Positions 62,728-64,000 of a stretch of 64,000 bases of DNA are shown piece by piece. How positions within the stretch are numbered: the stretch's first letter is position 1; each line of letters starts with the position of its first letter. The translations under genes were made by a program, and so were the position numbers. The notes beneath the pieces are model-generated. The model had not been told where the DNA came from. It made no database searches and was given only the letters and a program-made list of their open reading frames with translations. Source of the stretch: Ignavibacteriota bacterium (GTDB lineage: Bacteria > Bacteroidota > Ignavibacteria > UBA10030 > CAVZMI01); the NCBI GenBank assembly GCA_963776275.1, contig CAVZMI010000006.1, positions 64,001 through 128,000 of the forward strand, read 5' to 3'.

Positions 62728-63558
62728 ATGCATCGTTTATATACAATACTGCAATTATTTAAAGAATACATCGTTCTTGCACTGTTCATATTCTGTTCGA
62801 TCATTCTTCTCTTATCCAACAACAACATCCAGATTCAGTATATACGATCATTGACGGTAGCCGTTGTGGGGGTGGCAGAGAACACATTTTCTTTTATACC
62901 AAATCTTTTTGAGCTCCCCCGGGAAAACCGTATTCTAAGACGGCGTACCGTCGAACTTGCCGATGAAGTTGCAAAACTGCGTGAAGCACGACTCGAGAAT
63001 ATCCGACTCCGGAAATTACTCCGCTTCGCATCAACGACGCAACTTCGTATAATATCTGCAGAGGTCATCAGCAAGAATCTTCATCTCCTTCACAATACAA
63101 TGGTTATAAACGTCGGGAGCGCTGACAGTGTAGCCACTTCAATGCCCGTCATTTCCGATGCCGGTCTTGTCGGACGCATTACAACCGTCAGTACGAATTA
63201 TTCGATAGTGCAATTGTTGTTAAACCGCGACTTTCGTGCTAGCGTCAAAATACAGCGGAGCCGTGTCGACGGAATCCTTGCATGGCAGGGTGGGATGATC
63301 GCCATCATTAAAAATATTTCCAAATCACAGGATGTACGTGTCGGCGATCTCGTAATGACATCCGAATACAGCAATACATTTCCGCCCAATATTGAGGTAG
63401 GCATTATCTCATCCGTCAGCGATGAAATTGGCACCCTTTTTAAAAAAGTGGCAGTACAGCCGTCGGTCGATTTCGCCAGATTACAGGAAGTGTTTGTTAT
63501 TCGCACAACTCCTGATTCCGCTCGCGAGGCGATTTTCTTAAAACTTCCAAAGGAGTAA
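62728..63558 (+). CDS. mreC: rod shape-determining protein MreC
   Basis: N-terminal TM, coiled coil ENIRLRKLL, GLVGRI, GDLVMTS; follows mreB. Confidence 0.93.
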   Translation: MHRLYTILQLFKEYIVLALFIFCSIILLLSNNNIQIQYIRSLTVAVVGVAENTFSFIPNLFELPRENRILRRRTVELADEVAKLREARLENIRLRKLLRFASTTQLRIISAEVISKNLHLLHNTMVINVGSADSVATSMPVISDAGLVGRITTVSTNYSIVQLLLNRDFRASVKIQRSRVDGILAWQGGMIAIIKNISKSQDVRVGDLVMTSEYSNTFPPNIEVGIISSVSDEIGTLFKKVAVQPSVDFARLQEVFVIRTTPDSAREAIFLKLPKE

Positions 63559-63562
63559 TACG

Positions 63563-64000
63563 GTGGAGATTCGTCGAATCGCGCGGTATTGTGGAAGTGC
63601 TCTTATCATCCTGATCCTTCAAATCATGGTGGTAAAATTTCTTGCCATCGAGGGAATTACGCCTGATATTCTCTTAATCTGGCTGTCGTACCTGACACTT
63701 ACAGAGGGACAAATCGTCGGGACGATCGGGGGCTTTTCTCTCGGCGTACTGTTCGACCTGGCAGTGGGGGGATTCCTCGGATTGACCGCGTTATCCAAAA
63801 CGATTGCATGTTTTTTCGGGGGGTACTTTTACAATGAAAGTAAAACACTCATGACGCTCGGAAGTTTTCAGTTTGTTGCATTTGTCTTTGTTCTTTCCTT
63901 TGTGAATAATGCCATCTATTTTGCTATATTCGTGGCTGGAATTCAGATGCATTATCCGGCAACGGTGCTCTGGTATGGACTTACCACAGCAATATACACA
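63563..64000 (+). CDS. mreD: rod shape-determining protein MreD (3'-truncated by window edge)
   Basis: AGGAG RBS, GTG start; ITPDILLIW..G...GFSLGVLFD hydrophobic pattern; follows mreC. Confidence 0.88.
   Translation, partial: MEIRRIARYCGSALIILILQIMVVKFLAIEGITPDILLIWLSYLTLTEGQIVGTIGGFSLGVLFDLAVGGFLGLTALSKTIACFFGGYFYNESKTLMTLGSFQFVAFVFVLSFVNNAIYFAIFVAGIQMHYPATVLWYGLTTAIYT

Overview
Bacterial chromosomal window, probably from an FCB-group organism such as Ignavibacteria or deep-branching Bacteroidota (inferred from gene content). Housekeeping genes include cysK, truA, purU, PBP1A, lpxH, nusB, purN-purH-mreBCD and tRNA-Leu(CAG). They are interleaved with accessory blocks: an AT-rich operon in which an M14 carboxypeptidase and a C13/caspase-fold cysteine protease share a C-terminal module; an orphan HerA-family ATPase; a secreted protein with four repeats; a TonB-dependent receptor; a CHASE2 cyclase with a large outer-membrane partner; and a qNor/hemerythrin/NosL nitric-oxide locus. 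Most of the ~10 apparent frameshifts, one in-frame TGA and several Gly>Glu changes in conserved motifs fall at GGWCC sites (often GGACC>GAACC). This points to a methylated GGWCC motif and read-level errors rather than true pseudogenes. Short palindromic REP-like elements are abundant and nested, and three sit inside truA, probably as an in-frame ~31-codon insertion. No CRISPR-Cas, integrase or transposase gene was seen. All product calls come from motif recognition by eye; no database search was run.
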